DNA of 63,809 bases, filler included, from Octopus bimaculoides (lineage: Eukaryota), in NCBI RefSeq assembly GCF_001194135.2. It is 7 parts of 7 records of this genome, joined end to end, with 100 filler letters (N's around TTAATTAATTAA, not from the genome) between each part and the next. Parts side by side here need not be neighbours in the genome. Positions count along the whole stretch, not along the records: positions 49,110 to 56,873 come from NC_068988.1; positions 56,974 to 61,485 come from NW_026319026.1; positions 61,586 to 63,809 come from NC_068991.1; 4 more parts are not named here. The stretch is one strand, 5' to 3'. Both the position numbers and the translations under genes were made by a program. This document shows, in pieces, positions 52,944-63,809 of this stretch. How positions within the stretch are numbered: position 1 is the stretch's first letter; each line of letters starts with the position of its first letter. The notes beneath the pieces are model-generated. The model was not told the DNA's origin, did not search any database, and saw only the letters and a program-made list of their open reading frames with translations.

Positions 52944-53305
52944 GAGAGAGATAGATAGATAGATAGATAGATAGATAGTGAGATAGACAGACAGACAGAC
53001 AGACAGATAGATAGCTCCGGCTAGTCAGTAGCCAAAGAATCAACTCAAACCAGCAGTAACGTTCCTTGTCAGTTCTACTTTCAATTCTGATAGCTAATAC
53101 CATGACAGTGCCATGTTTTTTAATCGAAATCTTTTAATTGACAATAAACCTATTTGTTAAATACTGTTAAATAAATAAATGTAAAAATATATGTTATTTT
53201 AAACAAATATTTATGTATAAATTTCATAAGCGTTTATAAGGGGGTCCCTAAGGTAAAGCCTGAAATATAAAGGGGTCCGCAAGTCAAAAAGTTTGAAAAC
53301 CCCTG
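52346..53305. mobile_element. hAT-type MITE carrying a nested insertion
   Basis: Perfect 15-bp TIRs CAGGGGTTTTCAAAC (52346-52360) and GTTTGAAAACCCCTG (53291-53305), internal GGGGTCCG(C/T) subterminal repeats, and diverged 8-bp flanks CCCTAGAG / CCCTACAC. Confidence 0.88.
52458..53112. mobile_element. Non-autonomous foldback DNA element with long TIRs (Merlin- or Mutator-like)
   Basis: Termini GGCACTGTCATGG...CCATGACAGTGCC, inverted arms extending into mirrored (TCTG)n/(TATC)n tracts, and a perfect 8-bp TSD ATGTTTTT (52450-52457 and 53113-53120). Confidence 0.8.
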
Positions 53306-54124
53306 CCCTACACTTACTCTGGTTAGAGAACCCCTACTCTAGAATATGTTGTGTGAGTTTTGTTATATTGTTTCACGTTGGATAACGTATTACGTTTTTG
53401 TTTTGTTTTGTCTTCTAATAACGAACCAGCAACAACGTCACACCACGACATTCACTAAGCACCATTATTCGTCCGCAAGAATTTTTATTGCGATTTAATT
53501 TGTCTACAAACATTGTTGACCTGGTTTTGAATAACATTGGTTCGTTTCATTTTGTTTTGTATATATGAAATGCTCACTGTTCGCCGTTTCTCATCTATTT
53601 AAATATTAATTATTGCTTAAACAATATATTTTGTGCAATAATCACTTGTAAGCCATAAAATATTATTTGTTGTACTTCATGAAATAGCTTTATCATCTTA
53701 TAAATTGTATTCAAAAGTTTGTTTCGCTGTTTTGTTTTTTCTTAAATTGTCAGTTTTTCGTCTTCATATATATCGATCGTAAAACCTACAATTATTTTTT
53801 TTTTTCAGAATTAACTTTATTGACATCATTATAAAATCACTTTATTTTGGGTTTTTTTTGTAAATTTTGATCATGACTTTGGTGTTTAATTCAGATTATG
53901 GAGAGCCACGTTTCCACTTCTATACTACTCTCATCATTATTTAGTTCATTGACTAAATATTATGGGCACATATGGTTATGCCAAACAGCTGCCGGCCCGC
54001 TTTTAGGAATGAATCCGGGGCTACCAGCTAAATCCAACATGAAGATCTCCCAGCGCCTTCCTTCGATCGTAAAGGGCAAGCCGTTTTTCATCGCCTGGTT
54101 GCCATTGTGAAAATACTGGCTTCG

Positions 54125-54560
54125 TGCATGTCTTAGAAATTTGGTAGAATCTTCAGGACATCGAGTGAAACGCTTTGAGATATATGTTCTCTCTCTTAAC
54201 ATCCTGAATTCAAATCCTGCCGTGATCAGCTTTGCCCTTTGTCCTTCCAGGATCGATAAAGTTCGTGGCAAGTACTGGAGTCGAATTAACAGACTAACTC
54301 CTAAAAAAAATTCCAGATATTGCGTCTATAGTAGAAAAATAATTATTGACAAATATAAGGCGGCGAACTGGTAGAATCGTTTGACAAAATGCTTAGTAAT
54401 ATTTCTATCAGCTCTCTGTGTTCTGAGTTCAAATGCCACCGAGGTCAACACTTGCCTTTCAGCGTTTCGGGTCTATAAAATAAAGTACAAGTGAAGTACA
54501 GGGGTCAACATAATCGATTATCCTCTCCTCCTGCCAAATTGGCCTTAGGCCCAAAATAAG
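54125..54560 (+). mobile_element. Two head-to-tail SINE family B copies (about 54125-54345 and 54355-54560)
   Basis: Both contain the GA(A/G)TTCAAAT.C.CCG.G.TCA.C core. The second starts AAGGCGGCGAACTGGTAGAATCG. Confidence 0.75.
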
Positions 54561-54589
54561 CACCATCACTAACATCATTACTGTTGAAA

Positions 54590-54644
54590 GTAGTGGTGAT
54601 GGGTAGTGATGAGGGTTATGGTCTAATAGTAGTAGTTGTGATGA

Positions 54645-54695
<51 letters not shown>

Positions 54696-54798
54696 CGATG
54701 ATGGTAGTAGTAGTAGTAGTGATGGGGCTATGGTCTAATAGTAGTAGTTGCGATGATGATGGTGGTGGTGGTGGTGGTTGTGGTGGTGGTCGTGATGG
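54590..54798. repeat. Compound (GTA)n/(GAT)n/(GGT)n microsatellite
   Basis: Directly visible. It runs into a gap. Confidence 0.9.
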
Positions 54799-55366
54799 NN
54801 NNNNNNNNNNNNNNNNNNNNNNNNNNNNNNNNNNNNNNNNNNNNNNNNNNNNNNNNNNNNNNNNNNNNNNNNNNNNNNNNNNNNNNNNNNNNNNNNNNNN
54901 NNNNNNNNNNNNNNNNNNNNNNNNNNNNNNNNNNNNNNNNNNNNNNNNNNNNNNNNNNNNNNNNNNNNNNNNNNNNNNNNNNNNNNNNNNNNNNNNNNNN
55001 NNNNNNNNNNNNNNNNNNNNNNNNNNNNNNNNNNNNNNNNNNNNNNNNNNNNNNNNNNNNNNNNNNNNNNNNNNNNNNNNNNNNNNNNNNNNNNNNNNNN
55101 NNNNNNNNNNNNNNNNNNNNNNNNNNNNNNNNNNNNNNNNNNNNNNNNNNNNNNNNNNNNNNNNNNNNNNNNNNNNNNNNNNNNNNNNNNNNNNNNNNNN
55201 NNNNNNNNNNNNNNNNNNNNNNNNNNNNNNNNNNNNNNNNNNNNNNNNNNNNNNNNNNNNNNNNNNNNNNNNNNNNNNNNNNNNNNNNNNNNNNNNNNNN
55301 NNNNNNNNNNNNNNNNNNNNNNNNNNNNNNNNNNNNNNNNNNNNNNNNNNNNNNNNNNNNNNNNNN

Positions 55367-55402
<36 letters not shown>

Positions 55403-55409
55403 CTATGAA

Positions 55410-55520
55410 ATGATATATATATGATATGATACGATACGATACGATATGATATGATATGATATGATATGATATGATATGATATGATACGATACGATATGAT
55501 ATATGATGTGATATGATATA
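55410..55520. repeat. Pentanucleotide (ATATG/ATACG)n repeat
   Basis: Directly visible. Confidence 0.92.
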
Positions 55521-55873
55521 AATGTTGGAAAAGTCAGCTCGTGTTCAGTACTATTCCTCAGAAAATTGTAAAATTTCTCGGATGTTCCAATGGAAACCCG
55601 CAAAAAGAGGACAACCACCCCACCAGACCGGCTGTGGAAGAGCTGAACAGTTGCAGAATTCAACAAGCTCTGTTTCCACCATCTTTAACAGATAATCAGT
55701 GCCATTCCTAGAATTGACTATTTAGAGGGAGTAAACGTGAAGTACTGTTTCCTCCCTCTATAAGAATGCTATGGAAAAGAAAGAATCCAAATATCATAAA
55801 TTATGTATGTGAATGTTTATAATTACATATTTCCAGTGGTCAAGCCAGTCTTTATGCGTCACTATACTACTCC

Positions 55874-55926
<53 letters not shown>

Positions 55927-56009
55927 GTGAGCGATGGGAAAATTGTCGCCATTTCATATTTTTTATTTTGTGCATGTGCATTGTTTGTTTTTGATTTTGC
56001 CGACTACTC

Positions 56010-56815
56010 AATATCATAGGGTCAGTTGGGAACCGTCTGTGAGAAAAACAGCACCATGACGCAATTCACTCTGCCAGGAATTTGGAAATGACATGCTGTA
56101 CTACTTGGCATTCGCGCCAGAAGCTTCAATACGAACATTTCAGAGTATTTGGGTGTCAATCTGGAGACACTGCACTCTGTGGTCATGTACCGAGAGTGAT
56201 AAAAATCAAGCATCCAGTCAATATCATGTTGTTTGGAGTGATTTCTAGGGATGACAACGTTATGCCCGCATTCATCTTCCCACACGGCTTCAGACTCAAC
56301 ACGGAAACCGACATCAAGTACCTGGAGGAGGTAGTGCTGCGCTGGGTCAAGAGGGTGGCTGCTGGAAGACCCTATGTCTGGCAACAGGGCTCTGCACCAT
56401 GCCACACAAGCAGGAGAACCCAGTCATAGCTATAAGACAATTTCTGCGACCACATCAATCCTAACATCTGGCCACCTAATTCCCCAGACTACAACCTCCT
56501 TCATTATTATGTGTGATGCACAGTTGAGCGAGAGACCAACAAAATTCCTTGTAACACACCAAAGATGAACTGAAGGCAAGGACTATGGCAGCATTCTCCA
56601 ACTTAAACAAGGAGACTGTCCAGAAGAGTTGCTAGAAATTCTGGAGTCGTCTGGAGGCCGTGGTTGAAGCCAATGACGATTTTATTGAATAAATTCAGTC
56701 TTTACTATTTCAAGATATTTTTATGTAATTTTGGAAAATGTATCTGTTAAACTGAGATGTCAGTGTTATTTATCACTTTTGCGTAATTTAGGCGATAGTT
56801 TATTCACCGAGACTT
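56010..56815 (+). mobile_element. Tc1/mariner-superfamily (probably DD37D/maT-like) transposon relic
   Basis: KIKHPVNIMLFGVIS.D..VMP.FIFP.G.RLN...Y...LEEVV..WV...A.GRPYVWQQ.SAP.HTS..TQ, then IWPPNSPD.N...YYVW and ELKA...AAF.NLN.ETV..SC..F.SRLEAVVEA. It contains stops and frameshifts. Confidence 0.9.
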
Positions 56816-56989
56816 TGATAATTATTTTCCAGTTTAATAAATTAGATGTTTACAAATTATCGTATTTGTAAACNNNNNNNNNNNNNNNNNNNNNNNNNNN
56901 NNNNNNNNNNNNNNNNNTTAATTAATTAANNNNNNNNNNNNNNNNNNNNNNNNNNNNNNNNNNNNNNNNNNNNGATGCTTCTAATGTTC

Positions 56990-57270
56990 AGCTTTTCTCT
57001 CAAGATACTTACACTCTGACAAGGTATCAGATCTAGGGTGTAGAAGAGAATATTGTATTGCATGGCATGTGATGCTTACGGATGGAGGGTGTTGTGTTAA
57101 CAAGTGACAACCTCTATAAGTGGGCGGAACCTTTGGATGAAGGAAACCGATGAAAAGGAAGGGAAGTAGTGGTGAAAAATGATCTTAAGTGGCTGAACCT
57201 CATAAAGGAAATGACGAAACACTGAGCTGTGATGAATCGCTGTGTAGGAGAATACCTGCACAACCCACGC
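56990..57270 (+). mobile_element. RTE-clade LINE extreme 3' fragment
   Basis: Degenerate WHGHV.RM....V..C...V.G....GRP.K.W.EVV.NDL..LNL..EMT pattern. Confidence 0.55.
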
Positions 57271-58274
57271 AAGCAAAAAGAGAAAACAATGGCCGAAAAA
57301 TGAATGATGATAGTAATGGATATTTGGGTGTTTTATTCACTCATTTTACTCATAGCACACTCTTTTCTATTACACATGTAATGAGAGACGGCATTGCATT
57401 TGGATCGGTCCACATACATTCCTCTCTTCCCATCACTTATTTTCGTTATTGTCCGTTACTCATTCTCTTCCTCCGTTACTCCATCCTTTGTAACTATTTC
57501 TCCCACTCTCCGTCTCTTTCTCTCATTTACTTCCTCTCTGTTACTTATTGACTGCTAGCCTCTTTGTTCTCCCCCATCACCCCTTTGTCTGCCATTACTT
57601 TCACTTCCATCATCCAGTCGTATCTATTAATCTTTTTTCCACTGTCCTCTCACTTTTATCACTTTTTTTCNNNNNNNNNNTCCATTATTTTCCATTCTAT
57701 CATCCTCTTCACTGGTTCTCTCCCACTTTCCATTCTCTCAGTCATGTTTTCTATTCAATGTCCTGATCAGCATTCACATGCGGCTGCCTCTTGGTTAAGT
57801 TCTTCCTCTTCAATCCCACCATCATGTTGCTGTTTACCACACTCTCTCTCTCTCTCTCTNNNNNNNNNNTCTCTCTCTCTCTCTCTCCTTCTATTACTCT
57901 CTTATCTTCTATGATTTCTTTCTGTCAAGAAAGAAACGAACTCAGTTAGCACAAGGAAGAGGGTCCTTTTTAGCTATGTTACCACTTCTCTAGTGCTCAT
58001 AAATTAATGAAGGCTGATGGTTGGCGTAGAGTAAATTACATTTGCTGGGGAAAAAGACAACCTCACCGTGATGAATTGCACCCAATAAACCTGGCAACGT
58101 TGTTGCCGATAGGAATGATAGCAAATCATAGAAATTATGAACTTGACGCATTCCCTATCTCGGACACCTTCTAGAATCAATTTGGACTGTTCAGCTTCTG
58201 CCAATATGCAAAACCAGATCTGGGGTCACAGAAAAGATTCACGATTGCATTCTTATAACATTCGAGATTCTTTT

Positions 58275-58438
58275 CTTTTTACTTGTTTCAGTCTTTTTGA
58301 CTGCGGCCATGCTGGAGCACCGCNNNNNNNNNNNNCAAATCGACCCCCCAGGACTTATTCTTTGGAAGCCTAGTACTTATTCTATAGGTCTATTTTGCCG
58401 AACCGCTAAGTGACGGGGACGTAAACACACCAGCATCG
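58275..58438 (-). mobile_element. SINE family A, 3' half (rest in gap)
   Basis: TTTGACTGCGGCCATGCTGGAGCACCGC...CAAATCGACCCCCAGGACTTATTC...GGGGACGTAAACACACCAGCATCG. Confidence 0.85.
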
Positions 58439-59817
58439 NNNNNNNNNNNNNNNNNNNNNNNNNNNNNNNNNNNNNNNNNNNNNNNNNNNNNNNNNNNNNN
58501 NNNNNNNNNNNNNNNNNNNNNNNNNNNNNNNNNNNNNNNNNNNNNNNNNNNNNNNNNNNNNNNNNNNNNNNNNNNNNNNNNNNNNNNNNNNNNNNNNNNN
58601 NNNNNNNNNNNNNNNNNNNNNNNNNNNNNNNNNNNNNNNNNNNNNNNNNNNNNNNNNNNNNNNNNNNNNNNNNNNNNNNNNNNNNNNNNNNNNNNNNNNN
58701 NNNNNNNNNNNNNNNNNNNNNNNNNNNNNNNNNNNNNNNNNNNNNNNNNNNNNNNNNNNNNNNNNNNNNNNNNNNNNNNNNNNNNNNNNNNNNNNNNNNN
58801 NNNNNNNNNNNNNNNNNNNNNNNNNNNNNNNNNNNNNNNNNNNNNNNNNNNNNNNNNNNNNNNNNNNNNNNNNNNNNNNNNNNNNNNNNNNNNNNNNNNN
58901 NNNNNNNNNNNNNNNNNNNNNNNNNNNNNNNNNNNNNNNNNNNNNNNNNNNNNNNNNNNNNNNNNNNNNNNNNNNNNNNNNNNNNNNNNNNNNNNNNNNN
59001 NNNNNNNNNNNNNNNNNNNNNNNNNNNNNNNNNNNNNNNNNNNNNNNNNNNNNNNNNNNNNNNNNNNNNNNNNNNNNNNNNNNNNNNNNNNNNNNNNNNN
59101 NNNNNNNNNNNNNNNNNNNNNNNNNNNNNNNNNNNNNNNNNNNNNNNNNNNNNNNNNNNNNNNNNNNNNNNNNNNNNNNNNNNNNNNNNNNNNNNNNNNN
59201 NNNCTACTCCTGTTTTTACTCATAAATTTTAACCACCCCCGTGCGCGCGCGCATATGTATACACACGCACTCACTCACACACACACACATTTTTGGACTT
59301 GATAAGTTCAAAAGGAGCATGCTCAAGCCNNNNNNNNNNACACACACATTTTTGGACTTGATAAGTTCAAAAGGAGCATGCTCAAGCCAACTTAAACAAG
59401 TTTGTCAAAAGTTTTGTGTATATCAGACTCTGGATTTCCCATTGTAAGGTCACATCTAAGTAGCACAGACTACTTAGATGTGACCTCAAGTTTAGTAAAT
59501 TTGTTCCTATTTGTCCTATCATACATTAATCTCTTAACTCATTGCTTAAAGTGACCATCATGTGTCCTGTTTTTCCCCCGTCACAGTTGAGGGTCCTCTT
59601 TGGTGTTGCAAGCTGGAAGGCAACCTCACCAGTGCTGGTACCATGAGAGAAAAAAATGTTCAGTATACTCTACAAAATGCTTAGTGTTAGGAAAAACAAT
59701 ATTTAACAATGTCTGAAGCACTAAAGCAAGTCTGCTGGATCCTATCAAAACTTCCAACTTATGCTCACATAGAAAGCAGGTGTAAAACGATGATGATGAA
59801 TTTAATGATGACAATGA

Positions 59818-59854
<37 letters not shown>

Positions 59855-60210
59855 NNNNNNNNNNNNNNNNATATATATGTACATATGTATGTATGTATAT
59901 GTACATGCATATAAAATTAATACTTTGTGGGGCTCCCAGTACATAAAACTATATAATAGCATGTTAATATTGGGTTGAAAGTCCCATAGAAATCAAAATG
60001 TCAGAAATGGCCCATGAGACTCAAACCCACATTAACTTCAATTTTTTTCTGTCTAAAGAGCTTTTCATTGCCAAATTTTCGTGCTGTTATTTTAGTTTTG
60101 TGTGCATTGAAATACATTGTTCCATAAAAAAAATTAGATTATTTCACATTCTCTTGAAAATTGATACATTCTTATGACATCATCCGTGTGTGTGTGTGTG
60201 NNNNNNNNNN

Positions 60211-60244
<34 letters not shown>

Positions 60245-60457
60245 ACGTTTGTAGTATGTAAACAAAGTAACAAGTAAACCAATATATGTACATTGGAGAT
60301 ATTCAACGTTTTTTAGCCACACTACAAGCAAAAACTGTTCTCATACACATGTGATGACATATCTATCACACTCAGCTATATGCGTTTGTGTGTGAGAGTC
60401 TGCATATATAAATGTGTATGTGTGTGTGTGTNNNNNNNNNNNNNNNNNNNNNNNNNN

Positions 60458-60489
<32 letters not shown>

Positions 60490-61603
60490 AAGAGGGAGAG
60501 CTTATATATGTATATAATGTGTTAGTATTGGGTAACTGAAATGCAAAATGAACAGAAATGCAAGTAAAAATAAAGAGAAATGTCGTTTCAAGTAGATATA
60601 TTACTGTTAAAAAGGTACTTCTATTGTATATCATTATTAGATGTGTAAAATAAAATGCTTTCTCTAATTACAACATGTGTCTCAAGTGCAAAGATTTGAT
60701 AGACAGATGAAAGTGTCATGACAATCGCCCTAAGTTGGTCATGAAATTTCACATAGCAGTAAAGTTGTCTCCTGAAAAGAAGGTTGAACTTCAGAAATTT
60801 TGCTTTCTAAATCTGGTTGTGGTATGTTTTTTCTTGTGAAAATCTTCCATCAGACATGTCTCATTATTGTCTTATAATGAAATAAACATTTCAATTAATT
60901 TATATCAATTAACTCTTTTCCTTCTTTTATTTTTCTGTGTTTTCTTTGCTTTGCTTTTTTTTTTTTNNNNNNNNNNTTTTTTTTTTTCATTTAAATGTTA
61001 TAATCTAAAATGTGATCAGTTGGTTTGGTAAATAATATTGAAATTTATATCTTGTAAACAAGACTCTACTGAAAAATAGGTTTGCTTTCTAACTCTGGCT
61101 GTAATTTTTGTGTTTCTTGTGAAAGTATACCATCAAATAGTTAATTGTTGTTATGGTGCTGTGATAAATACGAATATTAATTTATTTATATCATTTACAG
61201 AATTAAATATCCAACTTCTCTCTTCCTTTGTAAACCCTTTATATTAGATTGCATAAATCCATGAAGTATATTTTTGGTCCATTGACCATAAATTTGATAA
61301 ATCATTGATTCTAAATCAATATTTCCCAGATTTATTTCTTCATGAAATCCTTCTGCAGTTTTTAAAAAATTGCAGAAGCTGCATATATATGACAAAAAAT
61401 ATGACATAATTATTTTTCTGAAAATAGTATTCACCATGTTGGCGTTAGGAAGGGCATCCAGCTGTAGAAACTCTGCCAAATCAGANNNNNNNNNNNNNNN
61501 NNNNNNNNNNNNNNNNNNNNNNNNNNNNNTTAATTAATTAANNNNNNNNNNNNNNNNNNNNNNNNNNNNNNNNNNNNNNNNNNNNGTAATGTTTATGGAA
61601 ACA

Positions 61604-61722
61604 TGTATGTATGTATGTATGTATGTATGTATGGATGGATGGATGGATGGATGGATGGATGGATGGATGGATGGATGGATGGATGGATGGATGGATGGAT
61701 GGACGCACGAACGTATGTATGT
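61604..61722. repeat. (ATGT)n(ATGG)n tetranucleotide repeat
   Basis: Directly visible. Confidence 0.92.
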
Positions 61723-61999
61723 ATGTTCTTTTTCTCTTTTTAATTTAGAGTAAATTTTGACCGACCACCTGCTTGGTAGCAAGGTTGTGAAGGAAAGTAT
61801 CTTCTTTTAACTACCGCCTTTTAAATCTTGAGAAGGTCCTGCAGATGTTTGTAGTCCCAGATATCATGTTCATTTGTAGCATATGAATTAAAGATTTATT
61901 AAGGATTTGCATTTTCTCCCCAAGATCCCAATTTCAGCCATATATTGTTCCAGAGGGGTTGGTATGTATCCTGTTGCTATAATAATGATGATGATGTTC

Positions 62000-62056
<57 letters not shown>

Positions 62057-62079
62057 GTAACAACAATAATAATAATAGG

Positions 62080-62420
62080 TATGAAGTTGTAAGTGTATCA
62101 TGAGTACTGGCTTTGCAATCTCTTCTTTCACTTGTATTTTTCTAACCGCGTTCGTGTCCAAAAGGCAGCTTATTTCCATAACACAACATATCTTTCAACG
62201 ATATCTGACTGGTTAGATTTTAACTTGATGGTTGTTTTAAGTTCCACTAATATTCTTTCGACCCATTAGTCTGAATGTGGTCAACTTCATTTCTAGGTAT
62301 TTTCTTTTTCCTTATCCTTTTCCAGACTATTCTGACCACTGTATCATGCTTCTTGGGAAGATATTCTTCCACAGTTGGCAATAGTGTGATTGATGTCTTC
62401 AGTTTTGGTCTTGCAAAGCT
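62080..62420 (-). mobile_element. R4/Dong-type 3' fragment (zinc knuckle/RLE region), decayed
   Basis: EYLPKKHDTVVRIVWK...WNLKTTIKLKSNQSDIVE resembles Y..RHD.V...LWD..IQT......NRPDIV. It abuts (TAA)n at about 62002-62055. Confidence 0.5.
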
Positions 62421-63429
62421 TATGTATGTATGTGTGTATGTATGTATGTATGTATGCATGCATGTATGTATGTATGTATGTATGTATGTATGTATGTATG
62501 TACGTACGTGTGTGTGTATGTATGTATGTATATATGTATGTATGAATGTATGTATATACGTATGTATGTACGCATGTATGTATGTATTGTTCCCTTCTGT
62601 TCTTAATTATTTTTCGTCTAAGGAAGGAGATGGTTTCTAACGAAGCTGATTTCTACAAAACTCCATCGTTGGAATGTCGATAACGAGAGAAAAGACTTGC
62701 ACATTCCTACTGTATGTATGTATGTATGTATGTATGTAGTTTGTATTATGTGCGTACGTACGTATCTCGCCACATTTTAACTTATAGATATCTCTAAGCA
62801 TATACCAAACTGCTATAAGTACCGATATAGATAAAATCGATTAAAACCATTGAGCCTCGGTTCTACGGCATGCTGTTGCAGTTCAAAATCTTAAAATGGT
62901 TACATCGTAAAGGAGATAAACATAAATAAAATAAACAAATACTTGGACGTTCCATTTTTTTTTTTTAAATCTAATTCATGTAAATGTTATCGTTTATTGC
63001 GCAAAAATTGACTAAATAAAAGCAAATAAACTTTATTAAGATTTCTTTTTATGCCATCTGTCTTTGGCATTAACAATCCTGTATAGTTCTTACCCAAAAG
63101 TGATGAAATAATAGACCATCAGTTTATTATTCTACGTAAAAGAACAAGATTCTGTTTGGAATTTATATATATATATATATAAAAAAAACACGTAATTTTC
63201 TCATTATGATTAATCTGTTGATGGTGTTAAAACAATATTTGTAAAAACAATGTGTTATAATTAGTTTCAGATACTAATAATAAGTCATTGATGACGTATT
63301 ATGACGTCAGGTATGAATATTGATATTTATTACAGCATCTTAACAATGGTGTATTAATCAGAATTAGTCGATACATATTCACAATTATAGACATCGAACT
63401 ATTTTGAGTTTTAAGCTTGAAATCTTGTT

Positions 63430-63592
63430 AATATTATTATTTCAAATTTTGGCACGAAACCAGCAATTCAGGGGATGGGCAAATCGATTAAATCAACCCC
63501 AGCACTCAACTACTATTTATTTTATTGACTGGAAAGGCTGAAAGGTAATGTCAGCTTCAACTGAATTTGAACTCAGAACGTAAAAACGGACG
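63430..63592 (-). mobile_element. SINE family B, truncated at a hairpin element
   Basis: TCAAATTTTGGCACGAAACCAGCAATT...AATCGATTAAATCAACCCCAGCACTCAACT...GAATTTGAACTCAGAACGTAAAAACGGACG. Confidence 0.75.
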
Positions 63593-63684
63593 AAAGTTAA
63601 TGCAGTATGATCGTTTCATGCGACTCCATTTATGCGACTCCAAATAAATGGAGTCGCCTGAAACAATCGTATTGCATTAACTTT
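63593..63684. mobile_element. Short hairpin (MITE-like) element
   Basis: The 39-bp arms AAAGTTAATGCAGTATGATCGTTTCATGCGACTCCATTT and AAATGGAGTCGCCTGAAACAATCGTATTGCATTAACTTT are inverted, with 4 mismatches. Confidence 0.65.
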
Positions 63685-63809
63685 GGATATCCTTGTTGCT
63701 TATTTTGATTTTAATCACCTTATTTTGGAATTGTATGGATAATACCATACTTAATTCTGGTGCCTAAACTTAAATACCATATTCACCTTGAATCTCTCTC
63801 TCTCTCTCT

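Noticed and set aside
59288-59388. Direct duplication of about 42 bp around a 10-N gap
   Set aside because: This is the typical pattern of an unmerged contig overlap.
61200-61380. Minus-strand open frame after an AG (FCNFLKTAEGFHEEINLG...) with a possible GT donor
   Set aside because: No recognisable homology and no membrane anchor, so it is not a credible P450 exon 1.

Overview
AT-rich, repeat-dominated eukaryotic genomic DNA with many N-gaps and TTAATTAATTAA gap spacers. The SINE families and microsatellite load look like octopus DNA (probably the Octopus bimaculoides draft assembly; this is inference from remembered repeat sequences, not a search). Almost all ORFs in the supplied track are microsatellite or N artefacts. 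The only host coding sequence I can support is a 97-bp minus-strand exon (46223-46319) matching exon 2 of CYP3-clan cytochrome P450 genes; I could not find its partner exons by eye. The rest is decayed mobile DNA: tRNA-derived SINEs, four Penelope-like pieces, CR1/L2-type, RTE and R4/Dong-type LINE fragments, a Helitron N-terminal fragment, a Tc1/mariner transposase relic and several MITE/foldback elements. The most interesting observations are decayed minimal hammerhead-ribozyme motifs at Penelope 3' ends, two GG...CC long-TIR elements with perfect 8-bp TSDs and simple-repeat cores (one telomere-like), a P450 splice acceptor fed directly by a trinucleotide microsatellite, a candidate promoter near 9.8-10.4 kb, and a close inverted SINE pair. 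I see no convincing evidence for a wholly new biological system.
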